The notes under the pieces are model-generated. The model was not told where the DNA came from. It was given only the letters and a program-made list of their open reading frames with translations, and did no database searches. From the NCBI GenBank assembly GCA_963796965.1, contig CAWCNS010000007.1:160001-224000 (forward strand): a stretch of DNA of 64,000 nt, in the 5' to 3' direction. Every line of letters begins with the position of its first letter. Position 1 is the stretch's first letter. Source of the stretch: Calditrichia bacterium (GTDB taxonomy: Bacteria; Calditrichota; Calditrichia; JAJRVZ01). Shown in pieces: positions 1 through 9,669 of the stretch. Both the position numbers and the translations under genes were made by a program.

Positions 1-2
1 AC

Positions 3-776
3 CCCATTGAAAAATGCATCGATCTGGCTGCAGAGATGGGATTTGATGGCGTTGATGTACTCCATATCCAGATGGATCGCGAAGATGATCAGTATTTGAG
101 GGAATTAAAACGTCATGCATTAATTAATGGGATTGCTCTATGCGGTTTATCTATCCATCAGGGATTTGTAACACCGGATAAGGAGAAACGTCAGAAAAAT
201 ATCGATCATACGATAAATATGATAGAAATGGCTTATAAACTTGGCATCCCGTGTATGCGTTTAAATACCGGTCGGTGGAGAACAACAAAAAGTTTTGATG
301 AATTGATGAAAAACAGGGGGATTGAGCCACCCTTACCGGGATATAAAGAAGATGATGGGTATCCCTGGGTTGTTGAGAGTATCGAAAAATGTTTACCAAC
401 GGCAGAAAAATGCGGCGTAACGCTTGCCCTTGAAAACCATTGGGGTTTGGGACGTACACCAGAGGGACTTATACGTATTGTAAATGAAGTTAATTCTCCC
501 TGGTTGCAGATTTTAATGGATACAGGAAATTTTCTTGAAGATCCTTATGATAAATTAAAAATGATCGCATCTAAGACAGTATTTGTACAGGCTAAAACGT
601 ATTATGGTGGGGGAACTTACTATACGCTTGATCTTGATTATAAACGGATCGCAAATATTTTAAAATCTGTCAATTATCGTGGATATATCTCTATTGAGTT
701 TGAAGGTGAAGAGGATTACCGCACGGCAATTCCCAAAAGCCTGGCCTTGATGCGTAACGTTTTTAATGTAACCTGA
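3..776 (+). CDS. Sugar phosphate isomerase/epimerase (xylose isomerase-like TIM barrel), 5' truncated by window edge
   Basis: Frame open from nt 3 (PIEKCIDLAAEMGFDGVD); motifs LALENHWG, MDTGNF, ISIEFEG. Confidence 0.85.
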   Translation, partial: PIEKCIDLAAEMGFDGVDVLHIQMDREDDQYLRELKRHALINGIALCGLSIHQGFVTPDKEKRQKNIDHTINMIEMAYKLGIPCMRLNTGRWRTTKSFDELMKNRGIEPPLPGYKEDDGYPWVVESIEKCLPTAEKCGVTLALENHWGLGRTPEGLIRIVNEVNSPWLQILMDTGNFLEDPYDKLKMIASKTVFVQAKTYYGGGTYYTLDLDYKRIANILKSVNYRGYISIEFEGEEDYRTAIPKSLALMRNVFNVT

Positions 777-832
777 TTATAGTTGTTGGAATCGCGAATA
801 AATTGTAATAGTCTGGATGTGGCAAGGACCTA

Positions 833-1012
833 TTTCCCCCTTGGAAGGGGCTGTTGCAATATCGGGTTAAATTACACAATTCTTAGTGAAGTCCCGTCAT
901 ACGGGACTAACCCCTTTCAAAGGGGGAATTAGATTTTGCTTATTCAAGCAGCTAAACACATTTTTCTGTCAGAATTATCTAATCGGCATACCTTGGAAAA
1001 AGGGGCAGGGGA
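833..1012. repeat. Cluster of short palindromic (REP-like) repeats
   Basis: CCCCTTGGAAGGGG (837-850), perfect hairpin AGTCCCGT-CAT-ACGGGACT (890-908), CCCCTTTCAAAGGGG (911-925), CCTTGGAAAAAGGGGCAGGGGAT (~991-1013). Confidence 0.55.
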
Positions 1013-1080
1013 TTGTATCTATCGTATTCTTGTAAATAATTTTACTTCATACTTCTTCTAACTTTCGATTTAAATTAGTT

Positions 1081-2511
1081 ATGATAAATTTTCTTCTTAT
1101 TTTTCTCAGTTTTTATCAACTCACCATGTTGACGGATGCCGATCCAGTAGAATCTTTAACACTCAATAAAAAGGCTTCCGGGTACCGCGGTATCTGGTAC
1201 ATGAATCAGCCTTCAAATGACGAATACGTATATAAATACAGTGGCGGGTTGGGAACCTATTGTGCAAAGCATCAACCTTTCGCTATCTATAATACCAAAG
1301 CGAATAAAACATATTTTTGTTACGGGGGTACTACAAAAGAAAGTAACCGTCAGTTGTTGCACATGGTATCTTATTTTGATCATGAAACCAAAATGGTACC
1401 AAAACCAACGATATTATTAAATAAAAATACCGATGATGCCCATGATAATCCGGTTATCTCCATAGATGCTGAGGGTTATATCTGGATTTTTTCTACTTCG
1501 CATGGTACATCCCGCCCATCCTATATTCATCGAAGCAGGTATCCCTATGAAATTAATGAGTTTATATTAGTTGATGCGACCAGGGTCTCAAATGGTCAAC
1601 AGATCAGGATTGATAATTTCTCCTATATGCAGGCTTGGCATTTAGAAAATCAGGGATTCTTTAATTTTTTTACTCGATATAATTATCCTACCAAACGCAC
1701 GATTTGTGCCATGACGAGTATTGATGGCATCAACTGGAGCGAATGGCAACGTTTAGCTACTATTGGTGAAGGACATTATCAGATTAGTGCTATTGGCAAT
1801 AAAAAAGCCGGCTCAGCCTTTAATTTTCATCCTTCAGGTAAGGGATTGAATTGGCGGACCAATCTATATTATTTGGAATCCAGGGATAACGGTAATTCCT
1901 GGCAAAGCGCAAATGGGAGCGATCTTAATCTTCCATTAACAGATAAGATTAATAATGCCCTTGTTAGAGAATATGAATCGGAAGGATTAAATGTCTATCT
2001 GAAAGATATATGTTACGACGATGCTGACCGGCCGATTATACTGTATTTGACCAGTAAAGGATATCAATCAGGGCCAAAAAATAATCCACGAACCTGGATG
2101 GTAGCCCGCTGGACAGGTAAGAAGTGGACTTTCAGCTCTGTAACGGTTTCTGATAATAATTATGATATGGGCTCACTCTGGATTAGGGAAGACAATTCGT
2201 GGCATATTGTAGCACCCACTGCAACGGGTCCACAGCCATATAACCCCGGGGGCGAAATTGTACATTTGCAAAGCAAAGATTTAGGCAATTCCTGGATTAA
2301 AGTTAAGCAATTAACCCAGGCAAGTATTAAAAATCACACCTATGTTCGCAGACCTCTAAATACGCACCCTGATTTTTTTGCGTTCTGGGCCGATGGCCAT
2401 GGAAGGCAACCCTCCGCTTCTGATCTCTATTTCTCAGATATAAATGGAAATGTCTATCGTCTTCCCAGGGAAATGAAAAACAATTTTGAAATGCCCGTTC
2501 AAGTGGATTAA
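1081..2511 (+). CDS. Secreted BNR-4-repeat beta-propeller protein
   Basis: Hydrophobic N-terminus; Asp-box repeats SIDGINW, SRDNGNSW, SKDLGNSW; DAHDNP and SHG motifs. Confidence 0.75.
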   Translation: MINFLLIFLSFYQLTMLTDADPVESLTLNKKASGYRGIWYMNQPSNDEYVYKYSGGLGTYCAKHQPFAIYNTKANKTYFCYGGTTKESNRQLLHMVSYFDHETKMVPKPTILLNKNTDDAHDNPVISIDAEGYIWIFSTSHGTSRPSYIHRSRYPYEINEFILVDATRVSNGQQIRIDNFSYMQAWHLENQGFFNFFTRYNYPTKRTICAMTSIDGINWSEWQRLATIGEGHYQISAIGNKKAGSAFNFHPSGKGLNWRTNLYYLESRDNGNSWQSANGSDLNLPLTDKINNALVREYESEGLNVYLKDICYDDADRPIILYLTSKGYQSGPKNNPRTWMVARWTGKKWTFSSVTVSDNNYDMGSLWIREDNSWHIVAPTATGPQPYNPGGEIVHLQSKDLGNSWIKVKQLTQASIKNHTYVRRPLNTHPDFFAFWADGHGRQPSASDLYFSDINGNVYRLPREMKNNFEMPVQVD

Positions 2512-2640
2512 TATCGTAGGTATCAATGATTTTTGTAGATCTGAAAGTAAGTGAAACTTCCCGTACATACATTCAGAATGTCAGATTTATCTCTTTAAAA
2601 GCCTATAGTTTGTTACAGTTATTCATAAGAAGGGAATATA

Positions 2641-3345
2641 ATGTTGAATAAGAATGCTTTAATTATTGGTAACTCCGATGGTATTGGTTTAGGACTCACC
2701 AGAGAATTACTTAATCAGGGCTGGCAAGTAAAGGGAGTTTCAAGAAGTCTCTCTCCAATCAGGGATTCAGATTATAGTCATGTTGTTGCTCAGGTCCAGG
2801 ATGTTGATTTTGATGATAACCTCCGCAGCACCTTGAAGGAAATGTCGTCTATTGATATTTGTGTTTATTGTGTGGGAATTGGAGAATTGCTAAACCTGGA
2901 AAATATGTCAGAGGAGATTAAAATAGTTGATGTGAATTTTCTTAGCATGATTAAATCTGCATCAATAATAATTCCTCACATGGTGAGGGCCGGAAAAGGG
3001 CATTTTATTGGCCTCTCCAGTGTTGCCGATGCTATGCTTTCGGAGGAAGCGCCCAGCTATCACGCATCAAAAGCAGGTTTCTCCAATTATCTTGAAAGTT
3101 TGGCTCTATCAACCAGATCGCATGGCGTATTTGTAAGCAATGTTCGATTTGGATTTGTCGATACAAAGATGGCCAAGGGTGATGTAAAGCCATTTATGAT
3201 GACAGTCGATGATGCCGTCTTACATATTTTTAAATGTATGGAGACAAAACAGGTTCGTATGACACGACCAAGAATTGTAAGCCCCTTGATTGCGTTCAGG
3301 AACCGAATGTTAAGGTTAAAAAATTTTAGAATGGTTAATATGTAA
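2641..3345 (+). CDS. SDR family NAD(P)-dependent oxidoreductase
   Basis: GNSDGIG Rossmann motif, catalytic YHASK. Confidence 0.9.
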   Translation: MLNKNALIIGNSDGIGLGLTRELLNQGWQVKGVSRSLSPIRDSDYSHVVAQVQDVDFDDNLRSTLKEMSSIDICVYCVGIGELLNLENMSEEIKIVDVNFLSMIKSASIIIPHMVRAGKGHFIGLSSVADAMLSEEAPSYHASKAGFSNYLESLALSTRSHGVFVSNVRFGFVDTKMAKGDVKPFMMTVDDAVLHIFKCMETKQVRMTRPRIVSPLIAFRNRMLRLKNFRMVNM

Positions 3346-3455
3346 AACTTAAAAAAAATATATTCTTATAATTCAAATTTATATAATCTTTTCTTGGGGC
3401 TTAGCGCCTCTGCGTGAAATTTCTTGCAGACGTGGACAAAAAATTGGATAACGAT

Positions 3456-4067
3456 ATGAGTAAAATAGATTACAAAAAAGAATTGAAACATCTGTATAAA
3501 CCATCATCTAAAATGGTTGAAATGGTAGAAGTGCCGCGCATGAATTTTATAATGATTGACGGCGAAGGAGATCCGAATACCTCGCCGACATTTGGGCAGG
3601 CTATTGAAGTGCTCTACAGTCTTTCTTATACATTGAAGTTTATGGTTAAGAAAGGTGAAATTGGTATTGATTATGGTGTTTTGCCCCTGGAGGGGCTCTG
3701 GTGGGCAGATGATATGAGAAAATTTAGTGTTGAAGATAAATCCAACTGGAAGTGGACGCTGATGATTATGCAGCCTGAATATATTGACCGGCCTCTTTTT
3801 GCGGAGGCTGTTTCCGCTGTTGATAAAAAGAAAGATTTAAAACTTCTTACCAGAGCCAGGTTTGAATCTTTAAAGGAGGGAAGGGCAGCCCAGATCATGC
3901 ATATTGGTCCATTCTCAGAAGAAGGACCAACAATAAAACGTTTGCATGATTTTATTGATGAAGGCGGTTTTATATTAACAGGTAAGCACCACGAGATATA
4001 TTTGAGCGATATCAGAAAAGCAGCACCGGAAAAATGGAAAACGATTATCCGGCAGCCCTATAAGTGA
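3456..4067 (+). CDS. GyrI-like small-molecule-binding domain protein
   Basis: KIDYKKELKHLY, IDGEGDPN, PLEGLWW, HHEIYLSD...KTIIRQP; ATG at 3456 preferred over GTG 3414, which lies in a repeat. Confidence 0.85.
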   Translation: MSKIDYKKELKHLYKPSSKMVEMVEVPRMNFIMIDGEGDPNTSPTFGQAIEVLYSLSYTLKFMVKKGEIGIDYGVLPLEGLWWADDMRKFSVEDKSNWKWTLMIMQPEYIDRPLFAEAVSAVDKKKDLKLLTRARFESLKEGRAAQIMHIGPFSEEGPTIKRLHDFIDEGGFILTGKHHEIYLSDIRKAAPEKWKTIIRQPYK

Positions 4068-4196
4068 AGCAATTATAAATTTAAAATTAAGAATTATAAA
4101 TCGAGGGAAAATAATAAATAATTTATAAAATAATCTGAAATCGCTGCGTCGTTGCGGCGCTGCGTGAGAAAAGCCTACCAAAAAGGGGATTTGTAT

Positions 4197-5288
4197 TTGA
4201 AAATAAGAAGACATGACATCGATTGGTTACGGGTACAGGTTTTTGGTTTATTAATTTTTTACCATGTGGGAATGGTTTTTGTACCATGGGAATATCACAT
4301 TAAAAATAATGAAATAAGCGAGAGTCTTATATGGCCAATGTTATTTGTCAATCAATGGCGATTACCTATTCTGTTTGTAATTTCGGGGATGGGAACGCGG
4401 TTTGCACTTTCACATCGCTCAGGGAAACAATTTATACAGGAGCGTTTTGTTAGACTTGTCATTCCCCTTGTTTTTGGCATATTGTTTATTATTTCACCAC
4501 AAATATATTATGAACGATTGGCCGATGGGCAATTTTCCGGTTCATTTATTTCCTTTTATCCCCATTTCTTTGATGGTATTTATCCAAGCGGAAACTTGAG
4601 CTGGAACCATTTATGGTTTTTGCCCTATCTCTTTATCTATTCTCTGATTTTAGCACCGCTATTCCTTTTAATTAGGAACAATCCAAATTTAAAATTTCTT
4701 AAGCTGATTGATAGTCTTGTTAACAAACCTTTAGGATTACTCGTCTTTGCAATACCCTTAATGATTGTACAATACACACTCGCACCTCTTTTCCCGGTAA
4801 CCCGCAATTTATTTTATGACTGGTATGCTTTTTTTTATTACTTGTTATTATTTTTATATGGCTATCTTTTTATATCAGTTCAACAATCCTTTTGGCTTGC
4901 TTTGGACAAGACCAAATATATTGCCCTGATTGGTGGACTTATATTTTTTCCCCTAAACTTAATCTTTCACCGAACCTTGTTTGGCCCCATTCTGGATAAT
5001 CTAAATTTAATCTGCTGGATTGTGGTCATTCTTGGTTTCTCTGCACGTTATTTAAATAAGCCTAGTCCTGCTTTGAAATATGCCAACCGCGCAGTCTATC
5101 CCTTTTATATTCTTCATCAGACGATAACCCTCGCAGTTGCATTCTACATACGTGACCTTGAATGGAGCATTGGTTTGAAGTTTATTGTTTTATCTGTGGC
5201 TACCTTCGGCGGATCATGGATTATCTATGAATTATTAATTCGACGAATAAAATTCCTCGGTTTCCTCTTTGGATTAAAAAACGAGTAA
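4197..5288 (+). CDS. Acyltransferase_3 family membrane protein (OpgC/MdoC-like)
   Basis: RRHDIDWLR, LFVISG, HLWFLPYL, YPFYILHQ; multiple TM helices; TTG start after AGGGGA. Confidence 0.85.
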   Translation: MKIRRHDIDWLRVQVFGLLIFYHVGMVFVPWEYHIKNNEISESLIWPMLFVNQWRLPILFVISGMGTRFALSHRSGKQFIQERFVRLVIPLVFGILFIISPQIYYERLADGQFSGSFISFYPHFFDGIYPSGNLSWNHLWFLPYLFIYSLILAPLFLLIRNNPNLKFLKLIDSLVNKPLGLLVFAIPLMIVQYTLAPLFPVTRNLFYDWYAFFYYLLLFLYGYLFISVQQSFWLALDKTKYIALIGGLIFFPLNLIFHRTLFGPILDNLNLICWIVVILGFSARYLNKPSPALKYANRAVYPFYILHQTITLAVAFYIRDLEWSIGLKFIVLSVATFGGSWIIYELLIRRIKFLGFLFGLKNE

Positions 5289-5439
5289 TTCTGGTTGTAT
5301 CTACTTACAACATCTTCAATTACAAATTACGAATTACGGTTAATACTAATTTATAATTAAAAATGTACAATTATGAATTAGACAGATTATCTCTTTGCGG
5401 CTTGGCGTCTTTGCGTGAGAAAAAAAATAGTGAGGTCCT

Positions 5440-5943
5440 ATGATAGAAAATCAATATCCCATTGGAAAATTTAATTATACAGCCGCTCCTGATCAGAAAG
5501 AGAGAGAACGTTTAATTAATAATTTGGAGAGATTACCTTCAGATCTGGAATCAAGCGTTCAGGATTTGACTAATGAACAGCTGGACACACCATATCGGGT
5601 AGGAGGCTGGACCGTCAGACAGCTCGTTCATCATCTGGCAGATTCTCATCTCAATAGTGATGTTCGGTTTAAATGGACACTCACCGAAGATCAGCCAACC
5701 ATCAAAGATTACAATCAGAATCGATGGGCTGAAACCCCAGATATACAAAAGGCACCCCCCAATATATCGCTGTCACTACTTGAATCAATCCATCAGCGGT
5801 GGACTTATCTGCTCAAGACACTATCTGATGAGGATTTTGAGAAAGCCTTCAATCATCCGGAATCAGGCGAAATGACTTTAAACAAATCTTTGGTGTTGTA
5901 CGACTGGCATGGCCGGCATCACTTGGCTCAAATAAGGGGTTGA
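5440..5943 (+). CDS. YfiT/DinB_2 family putative thiol transferase
   Basis: QYPIG, LDTPYRVGGWTVRQLVHHLADSH, WHGRHHLAQI. Confidence 0.85.
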   Translation: MIENQYPIGKFNYTAAPDQKERERLINNLERLPSDLESSVQDLTNEQLDTPYRVGGWTVRQLVHHLADSHLNSDVRFKWTLTEDQPTIKDYNQNRWAETPDIQKAPPNISLSLLESIHQRWTYLLKTLSDEDFEKAFNHPESGEMTLNKSLVLYDWHGRHHLAQIRG

Positions 5944-6138
5944 AAATGGGATGGTAGTGAGTGTTATTATACATTTTATTATTTTTTAAAGTTGCCGGTA
6001 ATAAAGACGAATATTATACAAATATAAATAAATCTTTAAAAAAAGTTTCAATAACGAATCTCCCCTGAAATATATTTTGATTGTGAGAGAACGAATAGCA
6101 AACTTTTTTAACAAGGATAGTAACGAAGGGAGCATGTA

Positions 6139-6687
6139 ATGATTAAATCAATTTTTATTCTTTTTATCGCTTTGATGGTATTCGGCACATTGCCGGCTTT
6201 TGGACAGGGAATTTATATCGGTGCAGGTATCGGAAACAGTTATCTTGATCTGGATCTTGAAGATGTTGGTGAAGAAGCTCAGGGGATATCTGAAAATTCC
6301 ACAGCCTATAAGTTCTTTGGTGGATACCGCGGTGAGTCTATCATTGGAATCGAGGGTGGATACCGAAACTTTGGTAATATCGAATCATCTGTTTTGGATT
6401 ATGGTGTTGAATCCAAAACAACCGGATGGGATGTGGAAGCTTTGGGACGCTTCGAGATTGCAATCGTGGATATTTTTGCCAAGGCAGGGGCGTTATTCTG
6501 GACAACAGAAAATACGGTTGCTCAAATCGACTATACAGATAAAGAAAGTGGCACTGCCTTTATGTGGGGTCTTGGTGTTGGTGTTCATCTGGGTGCCTTT
6601 GGTGTCCGCTTGGAATATGAAAAATTCCAGATAGAAGATATAAATAATCTTTCCATGTTGAGTCTTAGTGCAACCTTCGGATTTTAA
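6139..6687 (+). CDS. Outer membrane beta-barrel protein (OmpA-like TM domain)
   Basis: Signal peptide, amphipathic beta-strands, VRLEYE, C-terminal Phe. Confidence 0.85.
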   Translation: MIKSIFILFIALMVFGTLPAFGQGIYIGAGIGNSYLDLDLEDVGEEAQGISENSTAYKFFGGYRGESIIGIEGGYRNFGNIESSVLDYGVESKTTGWDVEALGRFEIAIVDIFAKAGALFWTTENTVAQIDYTDKESGTAFMWGLGVGVHLGAFGVRLEYEKFQIEDINNLSMLSLSATFGF

Positions 6688-6728
6688 TCTGAATACCTCC
6701 ATTAAAATAGATGCTTGTATTTATTAGT

Positions 6729-6758
6729 AAAAGCCCCGCCTGGCGGGGCTTTTTTTTT
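6729..6758 (+). terminator. Rho-independent terminator
   Basis: AAAAGCCCCGCC-T-GGCGGGGCTTTTTTTTT. Confidence 0.9.
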
Positions 6759-6807
6759 ATCCCAGACACTCAATATCATTAAACATCTGATAAAGTATAA
6801 AAATATA

Positions 6808-6836
6808 TTGATTTTCTTATTTAGAATAATTATAAT
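6808..6836 (+). promoter_or_regulatory. Sigma70-type promoter overlapped by a Per-box-like operator
   Basis: TTGATT-17nt-TATAAT; TTAGAAT-A-ATTATAA at 6821-6835 is one mismatch from the Bacillus Per box TTATAATnATTATAA. Confidence 0.75.
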
Positions 6837-6897
6837 TTAGGGTACTTCTATTATATCATTCCTAATATAGCAAATACCTAAATCAGGAGGATAAGAA

Positions 6898-8058
6898 ATG
6901 AGGAAATATACGCCTTTATTAATCCTTATTGCTATACTTTTTAGCTCACACACTTCATTGGCATCTGACAAGACGAAGACAGCCTTACCACTTGGATTAC
7001 CGCCAGTACCTTATCCGGAAAATAATCCACAAACACCTGAAAAGATAGCACTTGGGGAAAAACTTTTTGATGATGTGAGGTTTAGTTCAACGGGCCAGGT
7101 CAGTTGTGGGACCTGTCATGATGCAACAAAAGCCTTTACGGATAGTCCTCTCAAAGTCTCAGAAGGTATTGAGGGTTTAACTGGAACTCGAAATGCACCC
7201 ACAGTAATCAATTCAGCCTATTTTGAAACAATGTTTTGGGATGGACGTTCTGCCGATCTTGAAGACCAGTCACAGCATCCCTTTATTAATCCTGTGGAAA
7301 TGGGCCTTAAAGATCATGAACCGATTTTGAAAATTGTTAGAAGTGATCCTGACTATGTAAAAGCTTTTAAAAATGTGTTTGATAAGTCTGGTGAATCGAT
7401 CACAATGACCGAAGTGAAACAAGCAATTGCTGCATTTGAAAGAACCAAGATATCCGGCAATTCCCCTTTTGATCGCTGGTATTATGGTGGTGAACCGGAC
7501 GCACTGAACGAGTCACAAAAACGAGGCTTTGATATATTTATTAATCAGGGCCGCTGTGTTTCCTGTCATTTAATAGAACAAACCCAGGCATTATTTACGG
7601 ATAATCGGTTCCACAATGTCGGAGTAGGGATTACCCTCATTCAGGAAGATATTCCAGATTTGGCCGGTGAGTATATTGTAGCCAACCTGACTGCAGATGA
7701 GGTGGACGTAAAAGTCCTCTCTGATGCCCGATCCTCAGAATTGGGTCGATTTGCCTTAACCACATTGTTTGATGATCTGGGATCATTTAAAACGCCAACT
7801 TTAAGGAATATTGCAGCGACCCCTCCCTATATGCACGACGGAAGCCTGGCAACATTGAGTGATGTGGTTATTCATTATAATAATGGTGGCGTCACGGTAG
7901 AAACGGATCCGGTTAACGATTTCCTTAGTGGTGGTATTCGACCCTTGAATCTTGAAGATGATCAAATAGATGATCTGGTTGCCTTTATGGAGGCACTTAC
8001 CAGCCCTCAATTTGAAAAGGCGGCAAAAGCCGCGCAAAGCACAGGAGGCAAAAAATGA
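6898..8058 (+). CDS. Diheme cytochrome c peroxidase/MauG family protein (predicted His/Tyr heme 2)
   Basis: Signal peptide; CGTCH and CVSCH; RNAPT, MFWDGR, FKTPTLRNI..PYMHDG; SD AGGAGG. Confidence 0.92.
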   Translation: MRKYTPLLILIAILFSSHTSLASDKTKTALPLGLPPVPYPENNPQTPEKIALGEKLFDDVRFSSTGQVSCGTCHDATKAFTDSPLKVSEGIEGLTGTRNAPTVINSAYFETMFWDGRSADLEDQSQHPFINPVEMGLKDHEPILKIVRSDPDYVKAFKNVFDKSGESITMTEVKQAIAAFERTKISGNSPFDRWYYGGEPDALNESQKRGFDIFINQGRCVSCHLIEQTQALFTDNRFHNVGVGITLIQEDIPDLAGEYIVANLTADEVDVKVLSDARSSELGRFALTTLFDDLGSFKTPTLRNIAATPPYMHDGSLATLSDVVIHYNNGGVTVETDPVNDFLSGGIRPLNLEDDQIDDLVAFMEALTSPQFEKAAKAAQSTGGKK

Positions 8059-9131
8059 AACGATCCGGAATGAATCGTCGGCAGTTCTTGAAGCGAATGG
8101 GTGCCTTAACAGCGGCCAGTACATTACCTATCAGTCTTGTGGAGTTGTCCTTCGCTGATCCTTCAAAAAACTTTACTTTTGCTCACATCTCGGATTCACA
8201 TATTCAGCATATTTCTGGTACCAAATTCGTGTATAATTGGGACAGAGGATTGATTCGTGCTGTTGCAGAGGCAAATCTTCTCCAACCAAAACCTGATTTT
8301 GTCATTTTTGGTGGTGATTTGGCTCAACTGGGCACAAAAGAAGAGTTGGATCATGGGGCGGAGATGCTGAGTAAATTGAATTATAAGTATCATTGTGTGA
8401 TGGGTGAACATGATTATTATCTCGATCTGGGTGAATACTGGTCAAAACTATTTGGTCCTCAGTATTATAGTTGGGATCACAAAGGCATTCACTTTGTCAC
8501 CTTAAATAGCATTCTTACTTATGATAAATGGACACATGAAAGATGGCCCAGTGCAGAGCAAAGAATGTTGGAGATGGCTGGACTCGATAATCCTAACGGG
8601 TCTCCCTTTATGGTGGGCAAGGACCAATTAAAATGGCTGAAAGAGGATCTGGCGAAGGTAGAAAAGGATACACCTGTTGTCCTGTTCTCTCATTCACCTA
8701 TCCAGAAAATTTATAAAGGATGGAATTTTTGGACAGAAGATGCCGAGGATGTTCAGGCATTGTTAAAGCCCTTTAATGACGCAACCGTGGTTTATGGACA
8801 TGTCCATCAAATACAGTATAATCAGATTGATAATATCAGTTTTTACGCTGTAATGGCAACAGCCTGGCCCTGGCCCTATCCATCTACTTATGCGCAGGCT
8901 GAGCCACACTTCCCAAAACTAACTGTCCCAATGAACCGGGCTGATCCCTTCTTTGAACGCGATGCCACTGGCTGGGAAATGATAAATTTGAATTCTGGTC
9001 GTGTCGATTTGAACTATAATTTGTACAATAATCAAAACCGCAAAGTCGCCTATAATCCAAAAACAAAGCGGCCTGAGGATACAGAATATCAGTCAGAAAT
9101 GAATCGTATAATGCCGCAGGTACATTATTAA
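8055..9131 (+). CDS. Tat-exported calcineurin-like metallophosphoesterase
   Basis: RRQFLK twin-arginine motif; DSH, GGDL, GEHD, SH, GHVH motifs; ATGA overlap with upstream gene. Confidence 0.88.
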   Translation: MKRSGMNRRQFLKRMGALTAASTLPISLVELSFADPSKNFTFAHISDSHIQHISGTKFVYNWDRGLIRAVAEANLLQPKPDFVIFGGDLAQLGTKEELDHGAEMLSKLNYKYHCVMGEHDYYLDLGEYWSKLFGPQYYSWDHKGIHFVTLNSILTYDKWTHERWPSAEQRMLEMAGLDNPNGSPFMVGKDQLKWLKEDLAKVEKDTPVVLFSHSPIQKIYKGWNFWTEDAEDVQALLKPFNDATVVYGHVHQIQYNQIDNISFYAVMATAWPWPYPSTYAQAEPHFPKLTVPMNRADPFFERDATGWEMINLNSGRVDLNYNLYNNQNRKVAYNPKTKRPEDTEYQSEMNRIMPQVHY

Positions 9132-9142
9132 AGGAGACCATC

Positions 9143-9559
9143 ATGTCTAAAAAAAATATAGGCTTATTTTTTGTTTTTAGTTTTGCTGTTATCCTGGCTG
9201 TTGCGGTTGCACTTGTCTATGCGGATGAGTTTTCAAAAAAAGACCTGGATCGCTGGCAGGCTGAATATATGAGTGTTGTGGAAAAGGGAAGGGAGTTATG
9301 GGTGAGTCCTGACCTTGGTACGAATGGAGTTGCCTGTGCGCAGTGTCATCCCAATGCGGCAAATACACACCCTGAAACATATCCAAAATTTCAACAACAA
9401 CTTGGTCGTGTTGTAGCATTACGGGACATGGTCAATTGGTGTATCCAGAATCCTCTTGAAGGTCAACCGCTGGAGGCAAACGATCCGCAATTAGTAGCTA
9501 TAGAAGCCTATGTTGCATGGGAACGACGCGGGGTTGAACTTGCACCGGGCAAGCATTAA
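9143..9559 (+). CDS. Exported monoheme cytochrome c (SoxA/TsdA-like domain)
   Basis: Hydrophobic N-terminus, CAQCH, downstream DMVNWCIQNPLEG; SD AAGGAG. Confidence 0.85.
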   Translation: MSKKNIGLFFVFSFAVILAVAVALVYADEFSKKDLDRWQAEYMSVVEKGRELWVSPDLGTNGVACAQCHPNAANTHPETYPKFQQQLGRVVALRDMVNWCIQNPLEGQPLEANDPQLVAIEAYVAWERRGVELAPGKH

Positions 9560-9669
9560 ATGCGAATAATGAATAATCTGGATACTCTATTTTAGAGTTT
9601 GGAATTCGGATTTTAGATTATTAATTCCAAAATCGGCAATCCCATATCCAAAATTTAGTATCCAGTACT

